Of a stretch of 64,000 nt of DNA, positions 1 to 9,398 are shown in pieces. The position numbers were made by a program, and so were the translations under genes. Every line of letters starts with the position of its first letter. The stretch's first letter is position 1. The notes under the pieces were generated by a model that saw only the letters and a program-made list of their open reading frames with translations, had not been told where the DNA came from and did not search any database. The DNA comes from a virus (lineage: Duplodnaviria > Caudoviricetes): IMG/VR virus record IMGVR_UViG_2895221163_000002, positions 1 to 64,000 of that record; one strand, given 5' to 3'.

Positions 1-1260
1 ATGCGTGTCTACGGGCTGATCGACGGCAATTCGTTCTACTGCTCCTGCCAGCGCGCGTTTGAGCCTCGCCTGAAGCACAGGCCCGTTGTGGTGCTCAGCA
101 ACAATGACGGTTGCGCCATTGCGCGGACCCGCGAGGCCAAGGCGCTTGGTGTCAAAATGGGAGACGCCTGGCACATCGCCCGCAAACGTCCCGAGAGCCA
201 GTCGATCGTCTGGTACTCCTCGAACTATGCGCTGTATGCCGACATGTCGCGGCGGATGTATCAGGTCCTGGCAGAGCGACTGCCAGCCGTAGAGCCATAT
301 TCGATCGATGAGATGTTTCTTGATCTGAGTGACCTGCCCGGAGATCTGCATGAGCGCTGCCGGCAGATCCGCCAGGACGTGGCCGATCACGCGAAGATTC
401 CCACCTGTATCGGCTGGGGACCGACCAAGACGATCGCCAAGCTGGCGAATGGTCTCGCCAAGGATCACGTAGAACTGGACGGTCTGTGCGACCTAACAGA
501 CCCGGCCGTGCGCAAGGACTGGTATTGCCGGACAAGCATCGATGAAGTCTGGGGTATCGGCCGACAGACGAAGCAAAAGCTGTTGGGAGCAGGCATCAAG
601 ACGATCGCCGACTTCGTGGCCCTCGACGCAAAGACCGTGCGCCAGATGCTGACAGTCGTGGGCGCCCGAGTTCAGGCTGAACTGCGCGGCCAGTCGTGTC
701 TGCCTCTGTCAGATATCGCCGCCACCCGCAAAAGCATCGCCTCGACCCGGACGTTCGGCCGCCTGCTTCTAAAATGGGAGGAGATCCGGGAGGCTATTGC
801 ACACTATGCGAACAGGGCTGCGGAGAAACTGAGAGAAGATGGACTGGAAGCGGCACATCTGTCCGTCCTGATGCAGACCAATCCGCATAATGGCGACCCC
901 TGGTACGCCAAGCACGCGGCCGTCACGATCGAGCCGACGTCTGATGCTCGAGATCTGATCCGGCATGCCACAGCACTCGGACGTGCCATCTGGCTTCCGG
1001 GCTATCGGTATTTCAAGGCTGGCGTCGTTCTGTCGGACTTGCGCCCTGCTGGTAGTCAGGGCCTGATGTTCGCATTCCGGGATCCGGTCCAGTCTGCCAC
1101 GGTCATGGCCGCAATGGATGCAGTGAATGCCCGTTTTGGAAGTGGGACACTCCGCCCGGGATCAACGGGACTGAAGCGGACATGGTCGCCGCGACAGTCC
1201 CTGTTGTCAGCCCGTTACACGACCCGGTTGGAGGAGATCGTGAGGGCAAGGAGTTGGTAG
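1..1260 (+). CDS. umuC: Y-family DNA polymerase (Pol V catalytic subunit, UmuC-like)
   Basis: LIDGNSFYCSC, VVVLSNNDGC, SSNYALYADMS and YSIDE motifs; C-terminal SARYTT tail. Confidence 0.92.
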   Translation: MRVYGLIDGNSFYCSCQRAFEPRLKHRPVVVLSNNDGCAIARTREAKALGVKMGDAWHIARKRPESQSIVWYSSNYALYADMSRRMYQVLAERLPAVEPYSIDEMFLDLSDLPGDLHERCRQIRQDVADHAKIPTCIGWGPTKTIAKLANGLAKDHVELDGLCDLTDPAVRKDWYCRTSIDEVWGIGRQTKQKLLGAGIKTIADFVALDAKTVRQMLTVVGARVQAELRGQSCLPLSDIAATRKSIASTRTFGRLLLKWEEIREAIAHYANRAAEKLREDGLEAAHLSVLMQTNPHNGDPWYAKHAAVTIEPTSDARDLIRHATALGRAIWLPGYRYFKAGVVLSDLRPAGSQGLMFAFRDPVQSATVMAAMDAVNARFGSGTLRPGSTGLKRTWSPRQSLLSARYTTRLEEIVRARSW

Positions 1261-1380
1261 CTTCATCTTCTGTGTTATTCGTAGTTTTAAATTATATACT
1301 GGGGTTTTTAAGCAAGAATTAAATTATTACTTATAATTTTAAATCACAATAAAATGAAATCCGCCTTCGTTCGCGAAGCC

Positions 1381-3033
1381 TCAAAGAGGAATTCCGCGTC
1401 TTGATTTATCTTTAATCCAAGACGCAACTTTGTCGAGGAATACCCAGACGTCGTCGTTAGAGGGAAGAACATAATTCTCATCTTTGGGATCGCTTCCCAG
1501 CGCCTCGAATATATTGCGCAACCACCTTTTTTTGGTTCTATTGATTTTTAATTTCGGCAGCCAGTGTTCGACTTCCCCGTTTTGCAGGACAAAGAAACCA
1601 TATTTGTCCAGTGTCTCAAAAAGATTCTCAGCCCGCTCCCTCGCAACATTTTCAAGGAGAAGAATTCCTCCACCTGATTTGGGGTCCTTGCCGGCTGAGG
1701 TAAGATCATCCCAGACGACTTTGCGCTGCGATCTTATGGAGTCATGCGGTTTTGGATAGTATGTGGCATCCAAAAGAACGGAAAAATTGGTTTTAGGATT
1801 GAGGGCGTCGATGTCAACTATGATCGCAACAGGTATTCCAAGCGCCCGAAGCGGACCCACGATTTTATTAACTGAATCCTTACCGTTGGCGTTTAAGAAA
1901 AGGGTATTCGGTGCTCCTCGCCCAGATCCCGTTTCTAGAAGCCTCTCGTTAAGCTCTTGGTAGAAAGCGCGATCCGAATCCGCTTCGGCAACCACGACGC
2001 CTTCGTAGAAGACGCCGGACAAAGCATTTGCAGACCGTAGAAGTGGCTCTTGCATCATGGCACGTATGTCGTCGTTCGAAAGCATCCGAGCGGTAGCACT
2101 GCCTTGCTGATAGGTCAGGCGCACAACATTTGCGTTCACGCCAGACTGGATTGCTCCCATCAAAAACTGGCTGCTGTGGGTCGATACAAAAACCTGCTTG
2201 TCACCTTTGCTCGCAGCCTGAGCAAGTTCGCGACCAAGATTGTAGGCCAACGCGGGATGCAAAAAGGCTTCCGGCTCGTCGATAATCACGATCTTCGGGT
2301 CGCCGACACGTAACGCTAACAACATGCCTGTAAAGGCCTTTATTCCATCACTCGTCTCATCGATGGTACGAGCCTTAGCCATCCATTCGAGTGTGGCCTT
2401 CTCGACGGAACGCTCGTTTGGGGGCGGTGTATTTCCATACCGCAATTTGATTAGCGCTCCTTCAGAAATGTCGAGGCCAAGATAAAGGCCGAACGCTTCG
2501 AAGAGAACATCCCGCAGCGACTGCCGACAAGCATCGTCCGTTAGCAGTTTAGCAAAATCACTTTGCGGATTCTTTAGGTCGCCCCTGTCTTGTGCTGTTA
2601 TCAAACGAATTCTATTCTCTCCGTTGAGAATGAGTACACGATCAGCTGCATAGTTTTGAGCGAAACAATTTATATCCACATCAGGATCATGTAGTGCTTG
2701 ACGGAAGGCAGAGATATCTACTAATCTCCTATGATTTCCAATGCTGATATATTCCCAGCCAGGTGATTTCTGGTTTGTCAAAGTGTGGGTGTGATCTATT
2801 AATTCTTTAAGAATCGTTTCGATTTCTTCAGTTGACTGTCCGTTAAATTTGAGATCAGCAAGAATTGAGCCTCTAGGAATTCCTGATTTACTGAATTCAG
2901 CAATTTCGCTTAGGATCATACTTTTTCCTGAGTTGTTTGGCCCAACAAAAATGGTAATGCCAGGCTCATTCAACACCAGTGGCTCAGCCCCTTGGCTAGC
3001 ACCAAAACGCAATCTTAATTCCTTAATAAGCAC
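1381..3033 (-). CDS. OLD-family ATP-dependent nuclease (ABC ATPase + TOPRIM), probable anti-phage protein
   Basis: Walker A GPNNSGKS, Walker B/D-loop IIDEPEAFLHP, STHS, TOPRIM-like VAEADSD and IVDID; lower GC than its neighbours. Confidence 0.82.
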   Translation of the reverse strand: MLIKELRLRFGASQGAEPLVLNEPGITIFVGPNNSGKSMILSEIAEFSKSGIPRGSILADLKFNGQSTEEIETILKELIDHTHTLTNQKSPGWEYISIGNHRRLVDISAFRQALHDPDVDINCFAQNYAADRVLILNGENRIRLITAQDRGDLKNPQSDFAKLLTDDACRQSLRDVLFEAFGLYLGLDISEGALIKLRYGNTPPPNERSVEKATLEWMAKARTIDETSDGIKAFTGMLLALRVGDPKIVIIDEPEAFLHPALAYNLGRELAQAASKGDKQVFVSTHSSQFLMGAIQSGVNANVVRLTYQQGSATARMLSNDDIRAMMQEPLLRSANALSGVFYEGVVVAEADSDRAFYQELNERLLETGSGRGAPNTLFLNANGKDSVNKIVGPLRALGIPVAIIVDIDALNPKTNFSVLLDATYYPKPHDSIRSQRKVVWDDLTSAGKDPKSGGGILLLENVARERAENLFETLDKYGFFVLQNGEVEHWLPKLKINRTKKRWLRNIFEALGSDPKDENYVLPSNDDVWVFLDKVASWIKDKSRRGIPL

Positions 3034-3165
3034 CGCAAGTCCCTTTCAATATTGATCTCTAGACAAGAGAAATTGATTGGCCTGTCAATGCTGTCGTGTC
3101 GCACGCTCTCAACTGCAAGGAATTGCAGGTATATCTTGGAAGTTCTTGGCTTAACACATACGTTC

Positions 3166-3765
3166 CTACTCCTTGCTGAACCCTAAAAACGGTCTGGTAT
3201 TCGTTTCGCAAGAGGACGGGATAGCCGCGATTAGAAACTCGATATGCGCTGCCAGGGCTGTCCGGTCTGCTTCAACCCGCTCAGCCACGCGCTCCCGCAC
3301 AGCATCATTCTGCCCTAGCAACGCCCCGGCATAACCGACCCCTCGTCCTGCCTCGGCATCAGCCAGCGCCGACAGCGGCACAAACTGCACTGGCACGTTC
3401 AGGGTTTGGCCTTTCGTCCGACTGGCATCCGCCTGCAATCCGAAGACAGGCAGGGCCGAGGACGCCGAGACGGAGAAGGATCCCGACTGGCTGAACGTGC
3501 CAGACAGATCCATCGTCACCGGCCCGGCAATCATCGCCACGACCGGATCGGACGTGTTCTGCGCACACTGAAGCGCACGGACGTTCGCATCGAACCGGGC
3601 GGCCTGATCGGCGGTCCAGTGCTGCACACCCGAGACGCTGACCACGCCTGCCTTCGTCAGATCGGCCTGAACACCCGCAATGGCCTGGCTGATCGTGACG
3701 GACGACACGGATCCGGCCGAGCACGCGGAAAGGGCCAGAAGCGCGCAGAGTGCGAGGATCCTCAT
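3166..3765 (-). CDS. Lipoprotein, last gene of the lysis cassette
   Basis: Lipobox MRILALCALLALSA-C; start overlaps the upstream stop codon. Confidence 0.7.
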   Translation of the reverse strand: MRILALCALLALSACSAGSVSSVTISQAIAGVQADLTKAGVVSVSGVQHWTADQAARFDANVRALQCAQNTSDPVVAMIAGPVTMDLSGTFSQSGSFSVSASSALPVFGLQADASRTKGQTLNVPVQFVPLSALADAEAGRGVGYAGALLGQNDAVRERVAERVEADRTALAAHIEFLIAAIPSSCETNTRPFLGFSKE

Positions 3766-4511
3766 GCCGCCCTCACTTCTGCCAGCAGCGCCTCGAAATC
3801 CTCCCCGGTCGGCGCCGTGCCGGGAATGCCCAGCCAGTTCTCGCGCGACAGCAGGCCGTAAGCCTCATCCGCAATCCGCGTGAAGGTGTCCCACGGCATG
3901 AAAGTCCGCGTGCCCCAGGTGTTGAAGAACACGCCTTCTGGATTGTAGCCGACAAGCGCGATGGCATGGCCGCCCGCAGGTGTATGGTCTGAAAGCGCAT
4001 CCCAGTCCCATGTCTCGCCCAGACCCAGCTCAAGGAAGCCTTGCGGCACCTGCACACCCGCCAGCACGCCGCCCAGATAGGCAATGGCACGACGGATGCC
4101 CAAGACGTCAGTCGGCGCAATCGATCCATAGGCGGTCAGGTAATCGCGGGTCTGTCCCGGCCGGAGTAATCCATTGCGGCGCCAGGCGTTGAGTTCGTCT
4201 AGAAGGATGGTGCCCGGATCGTACCCGGTTTCGGCATTGAAGCCTGTCAGCGCCGCATAATTCGCCAGAACCGTTTCGGTCGAGAGCATCACAAGGCTCT
4301 GCGCGGCTTTCGTCCAGGTCGCCACCAGAGCAGCATGGGCAGCAAAGGCACAGCAGCCGAAGCGGTCATTGCCCCACATCTGATAGGGGACATTTTGCGA
4401 CCAGTCCCGCGCGGCAGGCACGGCCGGCAGACGCACGGCCAGCACCCGGCCGAGGCGATAGGTCCGCGGGTCATGTTTCGGGGCGCGCTTGCCCAGTTTT
4501 CTGTCCTGCAT
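3762..4511 (-). CDS. Papain-like (C1-like) cysteine peptidase
   Basis: GNDRFGCC (Cys), GGHAIALVGY (His) and NTWG motifs in papain order. Confidence 0.72.
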   Translation of the reverse strand: MQDRKLGKRAPKHDPRTYRLGRVLAVRLPAVPAARDWSQNVPYQMWGNDRFGCCAFAAHAALVATWTKAAQSLVMLSTETVLANYAALTGFNAETGYDPGTILLDELNAWRRNGLLRPGQTRDYLTAYGSIAPTDVLGIRRAIAYLGGVLAGVQVPQGFLELGLGETWDWDALSDHTPAGGHAIALVGYNPEGVFFNTWGTRTFMPWDTFTRIADEAYGLLSRENWLGIPGTAPTGEDFEALLAEVRAA

Positions 4512-4526
4512 GGGATCTCCGGAAAC

Positions 4527-4561
4527 AAAAAAAGAGGGGAGCAGCTGAAGCCGCTCCCCTT
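4527..4561 (-). terminator. Intrinsic terminator-like hairpin
   Basis: AGGGGAGCGGC-TTCA-GCTGCTCCCCT followed by CTTTTTTT on the minus strand. Confidence 0.7.
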
Positions 4562-4583
4562 GGGGCTGGTCAGGATCGAAAGA

Positions 4584-5084
4584 TCAGACGCCCTGATAGA
4601 TCCGGGCGCGGACCAGCTCCGGCGACTGGAGAGGTGCGGCATAGGACGCAGCCGTGACACCGGCCAAAGACTCGACCAGCGGAATCATCGCCTGGACGGT
4701 CTGCATGTAGGTGGCAGCCGAGGGCGAGTAGACCTTCACGATCGGCGTTGCGATCGCCAGCAGAGTTTCGAGATCCGCGCCGAGTGACTTGGCCCAGTCC
4801 TTGCCGGTCGCGACTGTAATCGAGCCATTGGAGTTGGCGGCCACCTGTGCGGACACGCTGCGGATCTGCGCGACCAGGTTGTCGAACTTCGCCTTGTCAG
4901 AGGCGGAGAGATGGCTTTCCAGTTCGGGAATGCCCTCGATCGCCTGGACGGCATAGGCGATGGCTGCGGCGTCATTGTTGAGCGCGGCCGTGTTGAAGGT
5001 CGCCGTGTTTGCGGTCGTGGTGCAGGCCGCCGTGGAGCCGAGAAGAAGGGCACCGAGGCTGAGGGCGAGAAAGCGATTACGCAT
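4584..5084 (-). CDS. Helical lipoprotein in the lysis cassette
   Basis: MRNRFLALSLGALLLGSTAA-C lipobox; GGAGA RBS upstream. Confidence 0.7.
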   Translation of the reverse strand: MRNRFLALSLGALLLGSTAACTTTANTATFNTAALNNDAAAIAYAVQAIEGIPELESHLSASDKAKFDNLVAQIRSVSAQVAANSNGSITVATGKDWAKSLGADLETLLAIATPIVKVYSPSAATYMQTVQAMIPLVESLAGVTAASYAAPLQSPELVRARIYQGV

Positions 5085-5099
5085 GATGTCTCCAGACAT

Positions 5100-5123
5100 A
5101 AAAAAACCGCCTCAGAGGGCGGC
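5100..5123 (-). terminator. Terminator-like hairpin + RBS repeat
   Basis: GCCGCCCTCTGAGGCGGTTTTTTT then TCTGGAGA. Confidence 0.65.
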
Positions 5124-5167
5124 GGAAGAAAGAGCGGTCTGACAGGCGGGAGCCTGCCTCCTTCGGG

Positions 5168-5503
5168 TCAGGCGGTCGATTTGGGCGGCTCGCCTGCCTT
5201 GGGATGGGTGGACGCCGGATCGAGGCCCAGCTTGGCCGCCTCGATCGTGCGGCTGGCCTCGGCCGGGATCATCAGCGCCTTGGCATCGGGCTGATAGGCG
5301 TTCGTGTTCCAGCCCTTCGACTGTGCCAGGCTGGAAACAACCTTGTAGAGCAGCGACAGCCTGCTTCCGGCCGCAGGAGGTTTCCAGAAGCGCATGACCA
5401 GAGCGGCCGCTGCGATCAGGAAGGTCAGGATCGAGACGATGTCTCCCGCATACCGCGCAGGCAGGTACGGCAGGACCGTCTGGAACAGAGTTGTCCAGTC
5501 CAT
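5168..5503 (-). CDS. Small membrane protein, holin-like
   Basis: Hydrophobic segment IVSILTFLIAAAALVMRFW; directly downstream of the lysozyme. Confidence 0.55.
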   Translation of the reverse strand: MDWTTLFQTVLPYLPARYAGDIVSILTFLIAAAALVMRFWKPPAAGSRLSLLYKVVSSLAQSKGWNTNAYQPDAKALMIPAEASRTIEAAKLGLDPASTHPKAGEPPKSTA

Positions 5504-5521
5504 GGGTGTTCTCCAGATATG

Positions 5522-5543
5522 AAAAAACCGCCTCGAGGGCGGC
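5522..5543 (-). terminator. Terminator-like hairpin + RBS repeat
   Basis: GCCGCCCTCGAGGCGGTTTTTT then CATATCTGGAGA. Confidence 0.65.
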
Positions 5544-5553
5544 ATCAGAATTT

Positions 5554-6057
5554 TCAGGCAGAGAGGAGCGTGTCCGTTGGTACGGATTGCCTCCCGAGGA
5601 AGACATCCCGCTCATAGGCGCGACGTTTGGCGAGGCCGGGCAGCTCAACCAGATGACCCCGAACGGTGGCCTTGTCCCAGCGCAGCAGTTCGTCGGCCGC
5701 CCCGGTATAATCTCCGGCATTCAGCTTGCGCAGCAGAGTCGAGCTTTCGACGGCAACGGTCCCGACATTGTACTGCCAAGACAGCAGGGCGGCGCGCTGG
5801 ACGTCCGACAGCGGCACCTGAACCAAGCGGGACAGCGCTGCATCAAACGTCGTCACGGCCAGAAGCAGGAGACTGTCAGCGGCTGCCTTATCGATGGGTG
5901 CAGTCCGGGCCGTGATTGGCTGTCCGTTGGCCAGCCAGCGGCTGCCATACCCGATCGTCCAGTATCCGGCGGGACAGACATAGGGCTTCGACCGAAAACC
6001 TTCGAACCCAGGCAGCCGCAGCAGCGCCGTGGCCAGAACGATGGCAGTGTCATACAT
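5554..6057 (-). CDS. Phage lysozyme/endolysin (GH24)
   Basis: FEGFRSKPYVCPAGYWTIGYG, YNVG, GLAKRRAYE. Confidence 0.92.
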   Translation of the reverse strand: MYDTAIVLATALLRLPGFEGFRSKPYVCPAGYWTIGYGSRWLANGQPITARTAPIDKAAADSLLLLAVTTFDAALSRLVQVPLSDVQRAALLSWQYNVGTVAVESSTLLRKLNAGDYTGAADELLRWDKATVRGHLVELPGLAKRRAYERDVFLGRQSVPTDTLLSA

Positions 6058-6256
6058 GGGGGATTTTCCATAAAAAAAAGCCGCCCGATTAGCGGTATGT
6101 TGCGCCTAAGAAAATAGGTACGAAACGGTTATTATAATAACGAAATACATAAAATTTTGCGGAATAGTGGAATGCAATGGTTTTTATTTTTCCTTAAAGG
6201 AAATCATTTTTTGTCGTAGGATGTTTATGACCAAAATGAGGTTAGGATAAAAATAC

Positions 6257-6538
6257 ATGCCTAGATTCACTGTTCGTGTCGAACTTCATAATGCCCAACC
6301 CCAAGATTACGAACTTCTGCATGAAGAAATGCTAAAATTTCATTTTAAGAGAACCATTGAGGGTACCGATGGAACGATCTATAAATTACCAACCGCCGAA
6401 TACAATATAATTAGCGCCGATACTGGCGAAGAGGTTCGTTCAAATGCATTTCAAGCAACTAAAAATATTGGGAAGTATGCATCTGTATTGGTAACCAAAT
6501 CTGATGGAATATTTTGGATTAATCTTGATGAAGAATAA
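6257..6538 (+). CDS. GhoS/DUF2622-like endoribonuclease (Cas2-like fold)
   Basis: FTVRVELH..DYELLHEEM..F.RTI..YKLPTAEY family pattern; AT-rich insert on the opposite strand. Confidence 0.75.
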   Translation: MPRFTVRVELHNAQPQDYELLHEEMLKFHFKRTIEGTDGTIYKLPTAEYNIISADTGEEVRSNAFQATKNIGKYASVLVTKSDGIFWINLDEE

Positions 6539-6596
6539 GGTAATTATTTTCCTTATTTATAATTATATAACACTATAATTTTATCTTTATCTACTA

Positions 6597-6935
6597 TCAT
6601 CTTCCAATCGACACCACCAAATGAACCACCCCGGACCCAAGGATTGACGTCGCCAGAGTAACGAGTGCCGTGACCACGGCCTTGCCGCCCATGACGCGAT
6701 CAAACTTGGATCCGAGGGCTTTGATCCCTGCCTCCAGTTCTTCTTTCAGGTCTTTGATCTGGGTGCGCAGGGACGCGATTTCCGAGCGCATCTCGGCGCG
6801 CAGATCAGACTGATTGTCTCCCAGGGCCGAGACCAGCGTTTCCAGTTTGAGAACCCGATCTTCCAGAGCACGGATGATGATGTCCTTGTCAGAGAGTGCT
6901 TTGTCGATCGGGGCAGTCATGGCGGTATCAGGCAT
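6597..6935 (-). CDS. Coiled-coil protein with C-terminal TM helix (holin/antiholin-like)
   Basis: Heptad-rich body, hydrophobic C-terminus, first gene of the lysis cassette. Confidence 0.55.
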   Translation of the reverse strand: MPDTAMTAPIDKALSDKDIIIRALEDRVLKLETLVSALGDNQSDLRAEMRSEIASLRTQIKDLKEELEAGIKALGSKFDRVMGGKAVVTALVTLATSILGSGVVHLVVSIGR

Positions 6936-6946
6936 GGTTTTTCCAT

Positions 6947-6969
6947 AAAAAAACCGCCTCATGGGCGGC
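6947..6969 (-). terminator. Terminator-like hairpin
   Basis: GCCGCCCATGAGGCGGTTTTTTT. Confidence 0.65.
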
Positions 6970-7031
6970 GGCTGTCTGTCAGGTTGTTCATCAGGTCATT
7001 TTGTTGGGTTATTGCTCTGAGTATTAACCTC

Positions 7032-9398
7032 CTAGTTGCATGCCGTTGCACTACGATAGAGCTGCCCTGATGAGTTCAGGCAGGCGTAAGCGTTCCCGGC
7101 TCCGTTCAGACTGGTAAGAACCACCCCATCCTTCATAACAGTCGTGCCTCCATTACCCCCGACAGTCAGGTTGCCTTGAATTGTGCCTGATCCCGTGACA
7201 GTCATATCGGCACTGATTGTCGTGGCATCCTTCATGCTAATGGAGCCGCCAAAGCCTCCCAGAACTGTATTCCCATGGGACGTCAGACCTCCTGTGATGA
7301 GCAGGTTACTGTTCAGGTTTGTCGGGATGTCGATATCGAAATGCGTATTCTGCCCAAGACCGGAGAGCACGACCGACGTGTCGCCAGTGCTGGCATCGGT
7401 TTGCTCTAAGAGCTGTGCAATGTTGGATCCGCTGGGACTCTGGAAAAACTGCGTTCCTTGAAGAACGATATTGGATTTGGCCGTGATTTGCTGATTGAAC
7501 GTCACCCCATCCTTGAACAGGGTGCTACCGCCATACCCACCGATAACAGCATTCCCATGTGTTTCCAGCCCCCCGGTGACAGTCAGGTCATTACCAACAG
7601 TCGTTGGCAGGTTAAACAGAACGGACGCGCCACCAGATGCCAAGCTTGAATACGCCAGTACGTTATTCTTCGATGCATCCGTGGATGCCGCTACTGCGAC
7701 GATGTTGTCGCCCGCCGTATTCTGGTAGTAGGTCGTCCCGGTCGTCACGAGGTTTGCATTCACGCTCACCTGATTTTTGAATGTTGCACCCCCGGCAACA
7801 TTGAGCGCGCCCGCCAACGATACATCACCGTTGCCAGCTACTGACAGGCCGCAATTCACGCCATATCCGCACAGCGCCACGCCGCCTGTGCTGCCCGGGA
7901 AGTCGATCTCGCCCAGCAGAGAGGCGGTATCCGTGCTGGACGTGTTGCCCTTCGTACCATTGATACGTGGCCCGAAGCGCAGGGTCGCGTTGGTGTAGCT
8001 TCCCGTTCCCGTGCCGTCGCTGGTGAGATGCGTTACCAGCCGCTCATTATACCCTGCGACGATCTGATGCAGTTCCGTCATATCGAAATCATAGACGGCT
8101 CCAACGGGAGTGAGAGCGAACAGAGAGCAGGCGGAAGGGAGATAGAGCTGATTGGTGTCGATCGCCATGTTTCCGCAGGCATCGGCAATCTCCAGATGAT
8201 GTGGCATGTCATTCGCCAGCATCAATTCGTAGCTTTCCGACGTAAACACCTGACCCGGAGTGATGGACGCTCCTGCCGGGACAGACTGGCCTCCGCCAAA
8301 CGTCAGACCGTGATAGCTCAAGGCTCCCGCCCGCGTCTCGTTCTGCACGTTGACGTCCACCTCGCCCCATTCGAGCTGATGAACTGACGACGTGTCGCGC
8401 GTACCTGCGCCCGTGAACGCGCCGTCGTACTGCATCATCGTATTGAACCCGAAGACTTTCGTCGGAGATCCCACGAACACGACAGGAGCGGGAGTTTTCG
8501 GGAAATAGAACGTATCCAGACCAGTAAGGCTCGGGGTTTGGCTGGCTCCTGAACGTCCCATCCGGTTCCAGGCCCAGACCGTGATAACGGCAGTCGGCCC
8601 CGTATTGTCCACGCTTCTGACGATGCCTGCCAGGAAATGGGGATTGTCCCATGTTTCAACATCTGATGCGGCGGGATCGGCGGAATTGGTGATGATGTAC
8701 TGGCCCTGATGGATCAACAGGAGCTGCTGCGGCGTCAGGGATACGCTTAAGGTCGCCGTTGTGGTGGTGTAAGCCGTTACGGGCAGAACCAGTCGCGCCT
8801 GACGTGACCCGGCCTCCCAGTAGATCCCAGCCGTGTCAAAGCTGATGGGAACGATCCGGCTATCCCCTTCGTAATCGTCACCGCCCAGTTCAGCCAGCAT
8901 AGTGTTCTGCTGGCCACCCGTCGTGAAGAGGCAAAGGCCGCACCCATTATTGAATGGTCCGTCGGGGTGGCTGGAAATGACCAGGCTCTGAGGCAACCCG
9001 GGTGATCCCATCGGGGAGTTTGCGACAGTCCCAAGGGGCGTGCCGCCCATCTGGAGCGTGTTGTTCCCGACCAATGGGCTGCCGAGAACGGCGGTCATGT
9101 CCTGCCCGACATACATTGACGGGTAAGCCGTCTGCGACTGGACGCCAAATGTTCCAGACGCGCTTAAAAGCGGCGCCGTCATGGCACCATTCATATTCAG
9201 TCCCGCCACACCCCCTGGCACATTCTTCTGGAGCGCGGCCATCACTGCGGCGATAGTCTGCCGATCCCAGAGTGTATTGGGGGCATTGATGATCGAAGCA
9301 CCGCTGATACCGTTGCCCGGAGCAATCCACTGGCTGGTAATAGGCGCGGCGCCTGCCAGCGACGGCAGGAGAGCCAGCGTCAGAATGAGTTTTTTCAT
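7032..9398 (-). CDS. Tail fibre/spike-like beta-rich protein with an N-terminal signal peptide
   Basis: Last gene of the tail module; G/T/S/N-rich; KNVPGGVAGL motif; tandem ~94-aa repeats; MKKLILTLALLPSLAGAA leader. Confidence 0.6.
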   Translation of the reverse strand: MKKLILTLALLPSLAGAAPITSQWIAPGNGISGASIINAPNTLWDRQTIAAVMAALQKNVPGGVAGLNMNGAMTAPLLSASGTFGVQSQTAYPSMYVGQDMTAVLGSPLVGNNTLQMGGTPLGTVANSPMGSPGLPQSLVISSHPDGPFNNGCGLCLFTTGGQQNTMLAELGGDDYEGDSRIVPISFDTAGIYWEAGSRQARLVLPVTAYTTTTATLSVSLTPQQLLLIHQGQYIITNSADPAASDVETWDNPHFLAGIVRSVDNTGPTAVITVWAWNRMGRSGASQTPSLTGLDTFYFPKTPAPVVFVGSPTKVFGFNTMMQYDGAFTGAGTRDTSSVHQLEWGEVDVNVQNETRAGALSYHGLTFGGGQSVPAGASITPGQVFTSESYELMLANDMPHHLEIADACGNMAIDTNQLYLPSACSLFALTPVGAVYDFDMTELHQIVAGYNERLVTHLTSDGTGTGSYTNATLRFGPRINGTKGNTSSTDTASLLGEIDFPGSTGGVALCGYGVNCGLSVAGNGDVSLAGALNVAGGATFKNQVSVNANLVTTGTTYYQNTAGDNIVAVAASTDASKNNVLAYSSLASGGASVLFNLPTTVGNDLTVTGGLETHGNAVIGGYGGSTLFKDGVTFNQQITAKSNIVLQGTQFFQSPSGSNIAQLLEQTDASTGDTSVVLSGLGQNTHFDIDIPTNLNSNLLITGGLTSHGNTVLGGFGGSISMKDATTISADMTVTGSGTIQGNLTVGGNGGTTVMKDGVVLTSLNGAGNAYACLNSSGQLYRSATACN

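Noticed and set aside
1381-3033. Gabija or retron system
   Set aside because: No GajB helicase, reverse transcriptase or msr-msd next to it
4512-6969. CRISPR array or integron attC array
   Set aside because: The repeats are short hairpins with U-tracts separated by whole genes; no regular spacers, cas genes or GTTRRRY boxes
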